A stretch of DNA of 64,000 nucleotides, taken from positions 1,178,001 through 1,242,000 of the forward strand of contig JADEYG010000004.1 of the NCBI GenBank assembly GCA_016906335.1. Reading direction: 5' to 3'. Shown piece by piece: positions 10,220 to 22,516 of the stretch. This DNA comes from Novakomyces olei (taxonomy: Eukaryota). How positions within the stretch are numbered: position 1 is the first letter of the stretch; the number at the start of each line of letters is the position of its first letter. Below the pieces are notes generated by a model, which saw nothing but the letters and a program-made list of their open reading frames with translations, did no database searches and was not told where the DNA came from. The position numbers and the translations under genes are program-made.

Positions 10220-12024
10220 ATGCCAGAGTACTACGACATGCAGGGACAAGAGCGTCTAAGTAAGACGGCGCTTCCTTTGCTGGCGGCTAATGGAGTGTAG
10301 AACACATCGATCAAGAGCCGGAGAATCCGTTTGCCCATCTTGTGCCGCAGCAAGACATCGCGGTACTGCCGCACTTTGCTCTTGAGAGCGGAGTCGTACT
10401 GAAAGAGGCGCCGATTGCGTACAAGACTTGGGGCCGATTGAACGAGGCAAAGAACAATTGTGTCGTTCTGTGCCACGCTCTCACTGGCAGCGCTGATGCT
10501 GCCGACTGGTAGGCCGATCGATACTTTTCTGCGCTAATTCCAGGTGGGGTCCATTGTTTGGCCGCGGCAAGGCTTTCGACCCGTCCCGGTTCTTCATCGT
10601 CTGCTTAAACAGCTTAGGATCGCCTTATGGCAGCGTGAGCCCCGTCACAAACTGCCCCGAGACGGGAGAGCATTACGGTCCCGAGTTCCCGCTCACGACA
10701 GTGCGGGACGACGTGCGTGCACATAAACTAGTATTGGACGATTTGGGAGTGAAGCAGATTGCAATGGCCGTAGGCGGCTCTATGGGCGGAATGCTCGTGC
10801 TTGAGTGGACGTTTTACCGCGATTTTGTTCGTTCTATTGTGCCTATTGCCACCTCGGCCCGACATTCCGCGTGGTGTATTAGCTGGGGCGAAGCGCAGCG
10901 GCAGAGTATTTATTCCGACCCGAAATACTGTGACGGGTACTACTCCTTCCACGATGTAAGCACCCAACCCGTCGTACTCTGCGGACGATCTTTGCTTTTT
11001 CTTTTACTGGCCTTGCCGTGTACTATTCTGTATACACTGTAGCATTCTTGGACATTGGCGTCTGTTTGGACTGCTGGAAGGCATAAAGCGATTGTCTATG
11101 GTTTGCCTTGATCTATATTTCAATGTACATTAGGCACATTTATGTGACTAGACGTGCCGTATCCGCCTTGGGCTGTTTGCCCGCCTTGCACCTCTCAAAC
11201 ATTTCAATCTCTTTTGAATTTAAACCAATAATCTAACGCAACAGCCGCCCGAGTTTGGTCTCGGAGCAGCACGAATGTCGGCTCTGCTCACGTATCGATC
11301 ACGCAACAGTTTCGAGACCCGTTTTGGCCGCAACGTCCCCGATCCCTCACGCAATCCTTACCCTGAGTCCACCGGAGCCGGGTCTGTTCGCACGCCAAAG
11401 GAAGAACATTGGACTATTCATAACGAAGGCAATCTCAACCGTGGAAGCCCCCGACTGCGTAAAAGCTCACCTTCTCTGCCTGCGCCAGCAGATCAAGCAC
11501 CAGACTCACCGGTGTTCGAATCCCCCGTAGCGGCAATGTCTAGAGCACCTACAAAGTTTTCAGCGCAAGGGTACTTGCGCTACCAGGCGAAAAAATTTGT
11601 TGCTCGTTTCGATGCCAATTGCTATATCGCCATTACCCGCAAACTGGACACGCACGATATATCGCGTGGCCGGTTTGATACGCTGGAGGAGGCTTTGGCT
11701 TCAATCAAACAGCCTTGTCTCGTGCTGGGGATTGAGTCTGACGGACTCTTCACTTTTGGAGAGCAGAAACAGATCGCTGAGCATATTGAAAATGCTCAGC
11801 TGAAGCGCATTGTCTCGCCGGAAGGCCATGACGGGTTTCTCCTTGAGTTTGATCAGGTCAATCAGTTTGTGACTGGGTTCCAACGTTCTGTACTCCCAGA
11901 GCTGATGGAGGCACCGCCCTTGGCCAGTGAAGCAGGGTCGGAGCAGACGAAGGCAGTGGAGGAGGAGGAAGCAAAGCCGCGTGCCAGTGTTTTCGGTGAG
12001 GTTGATGATATTACCACGTGGTAA
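10220..12024 (+). CDS. MET2: Homoserine O-acetyltransferase, 4 exons
   Basis: CHALTGSAD, GGSMGGM nucleophile elbow, RFDANCY, SDGLF and GHDGFLLE motifs; three GT-AG introns. Confidence 0.95.
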
Positions 12025-12280
12025 GCCGTAAGCAAATGTATTGCTAATGGGGACATTGGCTCCCGTCTGCGTATGAATAGAACATCATTTTGTATCATAT
12101 TGGCCCTTTCAGTATATTTACGTTTGTGTATTTCGTAGATCAGCCATCGAGTATACGAGCATTGCCATCATCGTGGCATAATCGATTATCAGGCCAATGA
12201 TGAAAGAGCGATAGTGTGGCCAACGCTATAGAGAGTGTTTGCAAGACACAGCAATGAAAGGCGCGCGTCTGCTTTTACTA

Positions 12281-12420
12281 TTCATAATATTCATAATATT
12301 CATAATATTCATAATATTCATAATATTCATAATATTCATAATATTCATAATATTCATAATATTCATAATATTCATAATATTCATAATATTCATAATATTC
12401 ATAATATTCATAATATTCAT
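12281..12420. repeat. 9-bp microsatellite (TTCATAATA)n
   Basis: About 15 perfect copies upstream of HSP20. Confidence 0.95.
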
Positions 12421-12460
12421 CTTGTAAATGCGCATTACTTGTAAACTTAAGTCCCACAGA

Positions 12461-12660
12461 GAATATTCCATATCGGCATACAGCATTACTTTGAAAGGTT
12501 CTAGAATCGTCCGGCACTGCGGTCCTGATTAGCCTCTTTGGGATTTATCGAATTCGCTATTGCAACCCAATTGGGAAGACAAGAGAAGACGCTAGAAGTG
12601 ACGCGTGTCTTCCTGGTCTGAATCGAAAATGACGAATCGTGCACGAGCAAAGTATAAAAG
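12461..12660 (+). promoter_or_regulatory. HSP20 promoter: HSE-like units GAAtaTTC (12461-12468) and TTCtaGAA (12499-12506), TATA box TATAAAAG (about 12653-12660)
   Basis: nGAAn inverted pairs and a canonical TATA box upstream of a small heat-shock gene. Confidence 0.55.
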
Positions 12661-12758
12661 GACACTGCCTCAACTCGAAACCTCATCACTCAAAAAGATT
12701 GAATCTGACAGTTCAAAAGAAAGCTTCAGCAAACATCTCTACTACACATACTACTACC

Positions 12759-13283
12759 ATGGTCAACACAAACGGAGCTCAACGCCCTCTCCACTTGGGC
12801 GACGTCATTGAAGCCTTCCTTGGCCCTGACGCTCGATTCGAAGCATCTTGGGACCCTTCTCAGGCCTCGGCTCAGGCCTCGGCTGGTGCAGCGGCAAAAC
12901 CGACACGGGGAAAGCGACAGCCGACTTACTATGAGCCTTTAGTGGACGTGTACGATGCTAAAGACGTGGAGGTTTACGCATACGTTCCCGGAGTGGAAAA
13001 AGCCGATATCAGTATTGATTTTGATAGCACTTCCTCAGTCTTGGCAATTACTGGCGAACGCAAGCGTCCGTTTACGGAGGATGACGAGAAGAAGGATGTG
13101 CGAGCTCTCTACGTAGAGTCTCCAGCGGGGCGCTTTGAGCGACGACTGAACTTGAATAATTTGACAACTGCCGATCGCCAATTTGATGCAGACGGAATTA
13201 AGGCTTCGCTGGAGAACGGGTTGCTTCGAGTTCTTGTGCCCAAGAAAGAACGGGACACATCTCGCAAGATTGCGATTGCATAA
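12759..13283 (+). CDS. Small heat-shock protein (Hsp20/alpha-crystallin)
   Basis: PLVDVYD, VPGVEK, GRFERRL, IKASLENGLLRVLVPK and a C-terminal IxI motif; ATG at 12759 in good context. Confidence 0.93.
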   Translation: MVNTNGAQRPLHLGDVIEAFLGPDARFEASWDPSQASAQASAGAAAKPTRGKRQPTYYEPLVDVYDAKDVEVYAYVPGVEKADISIDFDSTSSVLAITGERKRPFTEDDEKKDVRALYVESPAGRFERRLNLNNLTTADRQFDADGIKASLENGLLRVLVPKKERDTSRKIAIA

Positions 13284-13657
13284 AAGCGTTCATTTCTATT
13301 TTGATACCATTTCACAAAGATCCATTTCGAATAAATTTTATTGCTATCGATTTGTTGGCACTCAGCTTAAGTTGATGCTTATACCCGCTTCGTATGAAGA
13401 CTGATTGTTTTACTGCATACAGTTCAGATTATATTAATATGATTCTAAATCAAATACTTTGTCAATCTTTTTAATCATGGCGCTTGGAAAAAAACGGAAT
13501 ATGTATAAGGGAATATTATATTATATTCGTTAACGCAAACTCATTCACCTAGAGTGAATAGACGCAAAAGGTCAAGTACAAACTTTTAGGCTTGGTGCAA
13601 ATGCTTATCATCAAATTAAATAAAATAATACTGCCTATTGTAAGGCTAAATCCACAC

Positions 13658-15676
13658 TCACACTACCCTGTACTCATCTGCCTTGTAAGAAATAAAGGCA
13701 AACAAATTGTCTACCGCCATATCTCCTGCTTCTCTTATATCCCCAAACTTTCGACGGTCCACACCCTTAACACGAGCCTTCAGCCCTGGAGCAATTTGCT
13801 CTAACCGTGGTAGAAACTCAAGTTGCCGGAACACCGGTTCATCGTACAAATATTCTTTGTCTCCATAAATGTCGAAAATCGCATTGGCTGCTTCTAATAC
13901 TACCTGTAAAGCAATTGCAGTTTCTGCCATGACTCCACGCGAAAGAAGAGTTATTAAAAATACACCAATTGCCCTATTTACCTGCACATCACTGCGTTGA
14001 CCCAAAACTGCCAGCGTACTGATACATCGTACTTGTGTCTCCTCGTCACAAAGCCGTGAAAGCTCCATCAGTTTATTTGCCTGATCAATGGTCGGTGGAT
14101 TGCTAGTTAATCTTGCTTGAGCCAATAAACAGCCACAAAATGCCCTTAGATCGCGCTGGTTCCATTTGATTAAAAGATCTGCAATTGGCATTAGATTGAA
14201 ACAGGCAACGTTAGTGGCACAAACGAGTCGTCCGCTATCTACGGCCCAAAGGTAATTATTCAAGCAGTCCAACATGACCTCAATCAAGTCGGTAAAGTAC
14301 TCTGCTCCCCCCTCGCCGGGTGCAAAATTTGGCTGAGCGACAAAGTCAAAGACTTTAACAATGTCGGGAATGACGAGGGCTTCAAATTGTGAGGTATCCG
14401 TGCTGACATTAAATGAATCGTTTTCCGTTTTTATTACGTCATTGGGACTAATATCGTCAGACTGATCCATTTCGTCAGCTTCCCCATTTTGCGGTCCTCC
14501 TTCATCCGTAATTTTCCAAAAGAAGCGTGCCAAAATCTCTAAAGCAATTTGACCAGCCAGAACGGTTGTTGGGACAACTGTTCTGACCCAATCGTCTTTT
14601 GCGTACGCTGAACGAGACCATTGGAAGACTTCAGCCTGTTGGAAAATCCCTGACAGTTCACGCACACAAGCATTTCCGAGTTCCTGTATCCTCTTATCGA
14701 CCTGCCGCGATGAAGGATGGTTGAAATTTATAGCAATACCCACCACGTAAGCTCGCGCATCACCTTCTAAAGTGCCACTCGCGTACAAATTTAGCAGCCG
14801 ATCTATCAACGTGGGAGTTAAATGGTCTTCAACTTGAGAATTATCATCCGTAAGGGTGAAGAGAAATTGAATAGCTGAGGAGTGTAGGGGTCTTAGTAAA
14901 GGGGAATCACTGCAAACAATTTGTTCTATTAACACCAGCGGTTGTGTGGCATTAACGCCCTGTAAAATCTGATCGGTGCATTCGCTGAGGAAGGAGAAGA
15001 TGCCAAATATATTCTCCAAAGTGTTAGAAAGAGAAACTGCTGTATCTTTCTCCAAATGATCAGAGTTTATGCTATTAAATATCTGCAAGTTAGCGCAATG
15101 CGACCAGAAATTCAAACTCAGCAAGAAGACGCGAAGGCAGTTAGACCAAAAAAAAGGGACAAATACTAAAATAAATAATGACTCTACAGCCAACGATAAG
15201 GAGAATATCGACTATAAATAGCCATATACATAACAATTGAAATCGTACCCTTTGTGCTAGTGGAGCCAAAGCCACAATTATCCCACGACGGAAAAGGTCT
15301 TTACTCTCTTCCTCATCATCTGCTACAATGTTTCGGAGAGCCCCAGTGCAATGTAAAACGACATCTATGCTCTCGTCGCTCAGACCATCAATAAGCTTTT
15401 GGCCGATGCTCGATTGTAGAAGCTGAGACTTCGCCTGCTCATCAGTCTCGAGCAAAGACGCAACCGCTGAAGCTGCCCAGGCTCTCTCTGAGGCATCGGT
15501 AGATTTTAACTATAATAGCAATTAGTTTATTGCAAGGTGATAGATAATCTTACTTTGATCGCGATTGGTAAAACATTCCCTTCTTCTTGGTTCAAAACTT
15601 TTGTTTCAGAATTGCGCGAGCCTAAAGGAGTAACACGTGCGCGCCGATTTGATCGACGTGCTTTTGAACGACCCAT
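13658..15676 (-). CDS. SYO1: Syo1/HEATR3-like ARM/HEAT 5S RNP import adaptor, 3 exons
   Basis: Basic MGRSKARR N-terminus, RAWAASAV...GALRNI ARM repeats, and C-terminal IFDIYGD..Y.YDEPVF...NL.AFI.YK. Confidence 0.82.
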
Positions 15677-16013
15677 TTGCAATCGGCCAAGTTTGACTGA
15701 AGCCAGTTATCGAATGAAAATATAATTTTTTATTTATGAACAAGAATAATAATAGATTAGAAATGTAATGTTAATATTATAGAAAAGTTTAATGCTGTAA
15801 TATGTAATCTGTTTCGAAATTTAATCAATCGCGATTTCGTGTTGGCTACCCAAAGACGTGGACATCAAGTCCGATGGATGCTCGACCTAATCTTTAACTC
15901 AGCAAGAAATCGACCGCTGCCTATTCAAACAATCAATAGTGTCATATCTGCTGATAGCCTTCAATAACATCTGTTAAAGCTGGCTGCTACCTGCGTAGCT
16001 TTAATGTCTGTTG

Positions 16014-18793
16014 ATGGACAGTGACGCGGGTAGTATACGGGCGCTTGATCCCAATGTCGTTAATAAGATTGCTGCTGGAGAGGTAAGTGGCTCTTATAAT
16101 TGTCGAATAATTTAATCTTATTTTTCAGATCATTCAACGGCCGGCAAACGCGCTTAAAGAGCTTATTGAGAACGCTATTGACGCAGGTGCGACATCGATC
16201 GACGTGCTCGTGCGCGACGGTGGCCTTAAATTGTTACAAATTACCGACAATGGTCACGGTATAAAGGTAATTATATCGAATTTTTTATTCGTTTCGTCCT
16301 AGATCAATTGTCTCATATTTGTTTGCAACACTATCTGGCCTGTTCTTTTGTTTTCTTTCTTTCGTTATTCTTAAAGTTTGTTGCAAGCTAATTATACCAG
16401 AAAGAAGACCTCCCGATTCTGTGTGAACGGTTTACAACTTCTAAGCTCAAGAAGTTTGAGGATCTTACCAGTATTGCAAGCTATGGATTTCGTGGTGAAG
16501 CTCTTGCTAGTATTAGTCATGTTGCACATGTCACCGTTGTAACCAAGACGCAAGGCTCTCCGTGTGCTTGGAGGTAAAAGGCTTTGCTTTATCTAATTAG
16601 TAAATTTGGGTTCATTCAGGCTCTTTTTCTTCTTTTTCATATTCTTTATATCCTGCAATATACTAATTCTAGGGCGTGCTATGATACAGGTCGAATGGTA
16701 CCACCAAAAGGCTCTTCTGATAATTCGCCAGTTCCAACAGCGGGCAGGCAAGGAACGCAATTAACGGTTGAAGACCTTTTTTACAATACTCCGTCGCGAC
16801 GGCGTGCATTTAAAACCACAAATGAGGAATATACGCGTATGGTCGACGTTGTACAGCGCTATGCTGTTCATCAATGTGCTATAGCTTTTTCGTGTAAAAA
16901 AGTGAGCACGCTTAGGTCTTTTTATTTGTTCATTTGTTTCAAGCTGATGCAACTTTTGAACTAAAATATTGTCTCTCGTTTGCCAATTGCTAATAAACCT
17001 AGCAAGGTGAAACTTCGTTTGCCGTATCGACAAACGCTAGTAATACGCGCAGGGACACTATTCGATTACTTTACGGTGTTAGTGTGGCCAACGAACTTTT
17101 GCATTTCGAGTCTGAAAGCAGGAATTACGGTTACAAGGCAGAAGGATTAATAAGCTCGGCAAGTTATGAAGGCAAACGGAGTACTCTGCTTCTCTTCATT
17201 AATAGTAGGTTGCATATTGATTATTTGTTTTAATTTTTGTCTTTTTTGTTTAAAAATATATATATATCATTATATTATGCTGACATGGAAGATCGCTTGG
17301 TGGAATCAGGCCGGCTTCGAAGAGCATTAGATTCTCTTTATTCACGATTTTTATCAAAAGGAGGCCACTATTTCATATATCTTGGGATTGAAATTGAACC
17401 CAGCCGTGTGGATGTAAATGTCCATCCAACAAAACGCGAAGTCAACTTTTTGTTTGAAGACGAAATTATAGAAAAGATCTGTGAGGATGTGAGCAAAACC
17501 TTAACAAATCATGATTCCTCGCGGACGTTTAAGACTCAAACAATAGTATCGCATATGCCTCGTAGCTCAACCGAGCCGTCTACACCGATTCATAAACCAT
17601 ATGAAAAAAACATGGTTCGTACAGATTCGCGTTCACAGACAATCACTTCCCTGTTCAAGCAATTCACTCCAACGCAGGAGGCGAATACTTCGCCTTCTGC
17701 AAATGAGCCTGCTCGTCCGTTTACAGAGATAAGGTTGTCGAGCGTTGCACAACTTCGTCAAGAAATTCAGGAAAATGTACATAAAAAAACGACGGAAGTC
17801 GTAGCTAATCATATTTTCATTGGCATTGTTGATCCTGAGCGGCGATTGGCCGCAATACAGCATTCTGTCGATATGTATTTGCTTGATTACGGCGCAGCAA
17901 GGTAGGGATTGAAATAGGCTGTTTTCATTTTTTTATTTATTCTTTAATTTATTTTTAATTTAAATTATTGGGTTTATGTTATTGTACGTTTGCTATAATT
18001 TTACGACTTGTGAGTTTTACTGGTACTGTTAAGCATAGCTTTAGGTCTTATATGACTGTTCATTTTGAGTATAAGTCCAATTCTAATCCGCTGTTAGCTA
18101 CGCAATGTTCTATCAAATCGGAGTGGCAGAGTTTGGCAATTATGGAATGATTACTTTACAGGATCCATTGCCGCTAAGTGATTTGCTTGAAATGGCATAC
18201 GATCAGACAGAAGGCTCTCGAGGAGATTTTATTGAGGTATTGCGACTATAGAGGAGTGCTGTTTACTAATACTGTTTGAAGGAAAAAGTCATGATTCTCG
18301 CATCGAGGCAAGAAATGCTTAATGAATATTTTCAGATCCATATTGATGCAGAGGACCGGTTGTGTACGTTACCACTATTATTGCGAAATTATACACCTGA
18401 AATGGGCAAATTACCTCTCTTTCTGCGCAAACTGGCGGATAATGTAATGTCAACTTATTCAATTTTAGCTTGTTATTTGCTCTTTAGTCTGTATCTATTA
18501 TTTACTAACGCTTCAAGGTAAATTGGGTTGAGGAGAAAGAGTGCTTTCGGACATTTCTTGAAGAGCTGGCATTATTCTATTGTGCACCAAGTCTACCTGC
18601 TATCGACATATCTGATGATAGCACGGATCAAGACTTGCGTCAGTTAGTATCGGAAACACAAGAGCAGGTGACACATGTACTGTTTCCTGCTTTCAAGAGT
18701 CAACTCTTGGTGACAAAAGATCTTGTGGAAGATCAACGTATTATGCATATTACAAGTCTACCGAAATTGTATAGTGTTTTTGAGCGATGCTGA
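16014..18793 (+). CDS. MLH1: DNA mismatch repair protein MutL homolog 1, 9 exons
   Basis: [39 protein letters not shown] and a terminal FERC; all exons join in frame. Confidence 0.96.
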
Positions 18794-18940
18794 TACGGCT
18801 AACGATGACACTTGAAAAATCATTATATTCTGCAGTTTACCTCGTACAAAATAAAGCTGTTTATACAAGCTTAGAGTTTATGCTGGTCTCGTACGCACAA
18901 AGTATATAAAGATAGCCTCGACCGCATATATATTGTAAAT

Positions 18941-19957
18941 CTATTCACCAGCCGGTCTTCTAACCATTACACTCAAGTCAAACTCGTCAAGGGTTTCCTT
19001 GTCCTTTAGCTCGTCACGTTTGTCGCAGCACTTTATTGTAGACTCTGTCTTGAATCCCAAACGCTCGTAGATCTCACATGTAATTTTCTTTGTCGCCTCT
19101 AGATAACAAAACGAGTGTTCCTGATCCAATTTTTCATAAACGGGAGCCAGTAATTGTCGCAGATAGCCTTTCCCCTGCTCTGAAGGTAGAATACCAACGT
19201 ACACGAGGTACCAAGTGCGAGCAAGTTCATCTGGCTTTAAAACGTCCGACCTGATTCGTGAGTAATGGTTTTAATTTAATTTCCTGTGTACAATGAAAAT
19301 CCTGACGAATTATGAAACAAACATAGGTGAAATATGCAAAAGGATAATTCAAGCATGACGATTTACAAAAATAAACAGATTATCGTGCCCGACTCACATT
19401 GACCGTTCCAATAGTGGAAAAAACACGTCAAAAAGACGATACGTAGTTATCCGTGGTGCCTGAGCATAAAGTCTAACCATCCCAGATCGCAGTTTCACGA
19501 GCCAGTCAATATGCTTTCCCGGAGGCATCCAGAGCACAACTCTAGAGTCGTCAATTTCAATTTCATGAAGAAACACGGGAATTAAAAAGACAAGAATTAC
19601 CCCTTGAAATCGTCAATTTCGTAGACTTGGCCAACCAGTAAATGAGCGTACGTAATGAACTCCATCAGCTGCTGCAGCAATTGCATAGCATCCGCTTCAT
19701 TGGCTCCGTGACTGCGGCAAAAAAAATCTGAAAGCACGCTAAGTTAGCTTGTATCGTTAAACATGAATTGACCAATCAACGGCTGCTGGAGGCAATGCTT
19801 ATCGCCAATTAATGGCAAAGAGATAGGGAAATAGGGACCAATGAATCAAACGGAAAAAGGAGTTACCAGTAGTTACGTCATGTGCAAAAGATACAGTAAG
19901 AGTCGCTGCTGCACGTTTATAATCGCTGACATTGACCTTTTGCACTTTGGCCGGCAT
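18941..19957 (-). CDS. GNAT-family N-acetyltransferase (multi-exon)
   Basis: WYLVYVGILPSEQGKGY acetyl-CoA motif, CYLEAT and IYERLGF; N-terminal AAATLTVSFAHD. Confidence 0.8.
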
Positions 19958-20117
19958 TTTTAAGTTTGTGGGGGAAAATCCGGACGTGTTATTATAGCAA
20001 AATCACAGCGGACGAGTAAGCAAAGATAAACGACAATTGCTTAATAAAAGGGTGTGCGCCCATCGAAACGCTAATGATAATTGATAGGCGGTCTTGAAAA
20101 TAAGTAATCTATGCCAT

Positions 20118-20376
<259 letters not shown>

Positions 20377-20799
20377 CTACACTTTTAACCTGTATTGATC
20401 ATTGCCAATACCTAAAGTCTCTAAAGCCTTCCTAAATGCCTACAAACTTATGGACGCAAATGAGTAAAATAGAATAATCATTAATACCAGGATCATCACT
20501 TTACAACCGAAAAACAAGCTCAAAAATAATTGCAAATATCAAGCTCAAAATCAAGCCATAATTCAACAAATATAAAAAACAAAAAATAAGAGAGCCGTGG
20601 AACAACCAAAACAATAAGCAGGCATAAAAGAAAAGAAATGAGGAGCGTCAACTCGCCAAACCGATAAAACGTACCAAGATAAGAAAAGTAATAAAGGAAG
20701 TCGTTCAGCAATCAAGAACGGATCATACACCACGAAAAGATGAAAGAAAATTAAATACTGTAAATACCCAAATCCTTAAACTGAAAGTCCAACTACAGA

Positions 20800-21707
20800 T
20801 CAATAAACACGTGAATTTCGAAGCTTTGTGCAAGTACAAGGACCGTGTCCTTCCACAACAAGAGGAATACCGTCATACTCAGCTAGCCCGTTCCTATCAA
20901 CGGCCAAATGTTCCATCACTTGATCCCACGTTGGTTCCTTCTTACTAAGCTTTTCCGGGGCTCTTTGCTGAAGAGCCTTGTCAACCCCCGCCAGAATAAC
21001 TGGCTCCCCTGGTTTGCAACCGGGAGGTGGATTAAGCAGTTCCACATTATCATCCCGAGCAGCACACAAAATCATGCCCTCTGAAGCGACTCCGCGCAGT
21101 TTACGGCCTGGCAGATTTGCCACGACTACACAGTCTTTGCCTTGCAAATCTTCAATTGGAATATATGATCTCAGACCCGAACATATAGTGCGCGTACTAT
21201 GAGCAAAAGTGGAGAGCCGCACCTTATGTATGTATAGCCGATCCGAATTAGGGTGAATCTGCGTCTCCTCAATCCGGCCCGCCAGCAGAGAAATTCTGCT
21301 AAAAGACTGCAAGCGATCAGGAGGGAATTCCAGTCGAGCTGCACCCTGCTTTGCTTTTTCTATAGCCTCTCGTCTAAGATCCCATAACTGATCAAAGCTC
21401 GACATTCGAGTTTCTGCCGCTGTCGGATTTAGCAATGGGGAACTCTGAAGGCATAAAGAATAGGCAATTGGAAAACTTAAAAAGATTTAGAGTAAAAACA
21501 ATAGAAAATAAAAAAATTATAATAAAAATAAAAAAATTAAATTAAATTAAATTAAATTAAAAAAAATCAACTAAAACTAGAGCGAAATGAAATGAGAAAA
21601 ATAGGCGGCAAATCGTCTAATCTACTTTGAGTGCGGTACAAATACGATGCTGTAAAGCAGACAAACTTACGCTGACTTTTCGCGTTTCTAATAGTGGAAA
21701 AAAGCAT
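20800..21707 (-). CDS. Standalone tRNA-binding OB-fold (Trbp111/EMAP II/Arc1 C-domain-like) protein; 5' exon uncertain
   Basis: HPNSDRLY, RTICSGL and VVVANLPGRKLRGVASEGMILCA motifs. Probable first exon 21707-21671 (MLFSTIRNAKSQ) with a GTAAGT donor, joined in frame to 21419. Confidence 0.8.
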
Positions 21708-22516
21708 ATGCTGAACCGTGCCTGTTTCCTTTCGTACCCCGCCTCTCGAGCCATCCGCGTCGGGTATAGCGACGGTCCAAAAAGCAGCTCTGTGTGCCGT
21801 ACATTTGTATGAGTGCGCCACACACGGTTTCCGTGCCGCGAAGCCTCTGCAAAGGACCGCTCGCTGCATTTGACGGAGATCTATTGTGCCGTCATCCCAG
21901 CGTAACCAAAAGTTTTCGAGTGATGAAATATGGAAAGTTTTATTGTGCCTGTTTATTGTACTTTTCTCCCTATTTTTTAATACGCAAACGGGATAATAAT
22001 TCGGTATATAACCCACACTAGTAAGTAATGCTACACACATTCCACAGCGATCACCGATAGTAGCGCGATCCCACATATTGATTGACGTATTTAGTCATTT
22101 ATTGTGTTGTACACTCTATCTATTTTTTGCCATTTTTTTATTCATTACTCATTATTATACTTTTTTTTCTTTATACTTGCTGAACCTACCTCACGCGTGT
22201 ATTATATAGACCGCAAAGAGAACCGCGATACTTTCGACGATGCCGTCCATATACAGCGGTCCATAATGAGAGAGTCCGGAGGCGTAAAGGCACAGACTAC
22301 CACAATGTTTGTTTACAGTCCTCACATCTCGATCTACAAAAGTATAGTTGCAAAAGTATAGTTACAAAAACACGTTTGAGTTGAATAAAGCCTTACAAGA
22401 TTCAGCGCAGACGCGTTTTAACAAATAGAAAGCCATCATGAATATATACATTACCGCTAAAGGTATTAGGATTTAGTGCAAAATGCAACATTGAATTTAT
22501 ATTCAGGGAGCCACTA

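Noticed and set aside
12281-12420. (TTCATAATA)n as a heat-shock-element array for HSP20
   Set aside because: TTC units are 9 bp apart and lack GAA partners, which does not fit 5-bp nGAAn phasing
12226-12517. ORFs such as (NIM)n, (YYE)n, poly-I/poly-Y at 55464-55710, (YNK)n at 55801-56223 and 47207-47797
   Set aside because: Translations of microsatellites with no coding signal
21648-21660. GCTGTAAAGC resembling the fungal SRP RNA Alu motif
   Set aside because: No SRP54-binding helix 8 motif downstream, and T-runs would terminate Pol III
21920-21926. C-box-like GTGATGA
   Set aside because: No D box or terminal stem at a plausible distance
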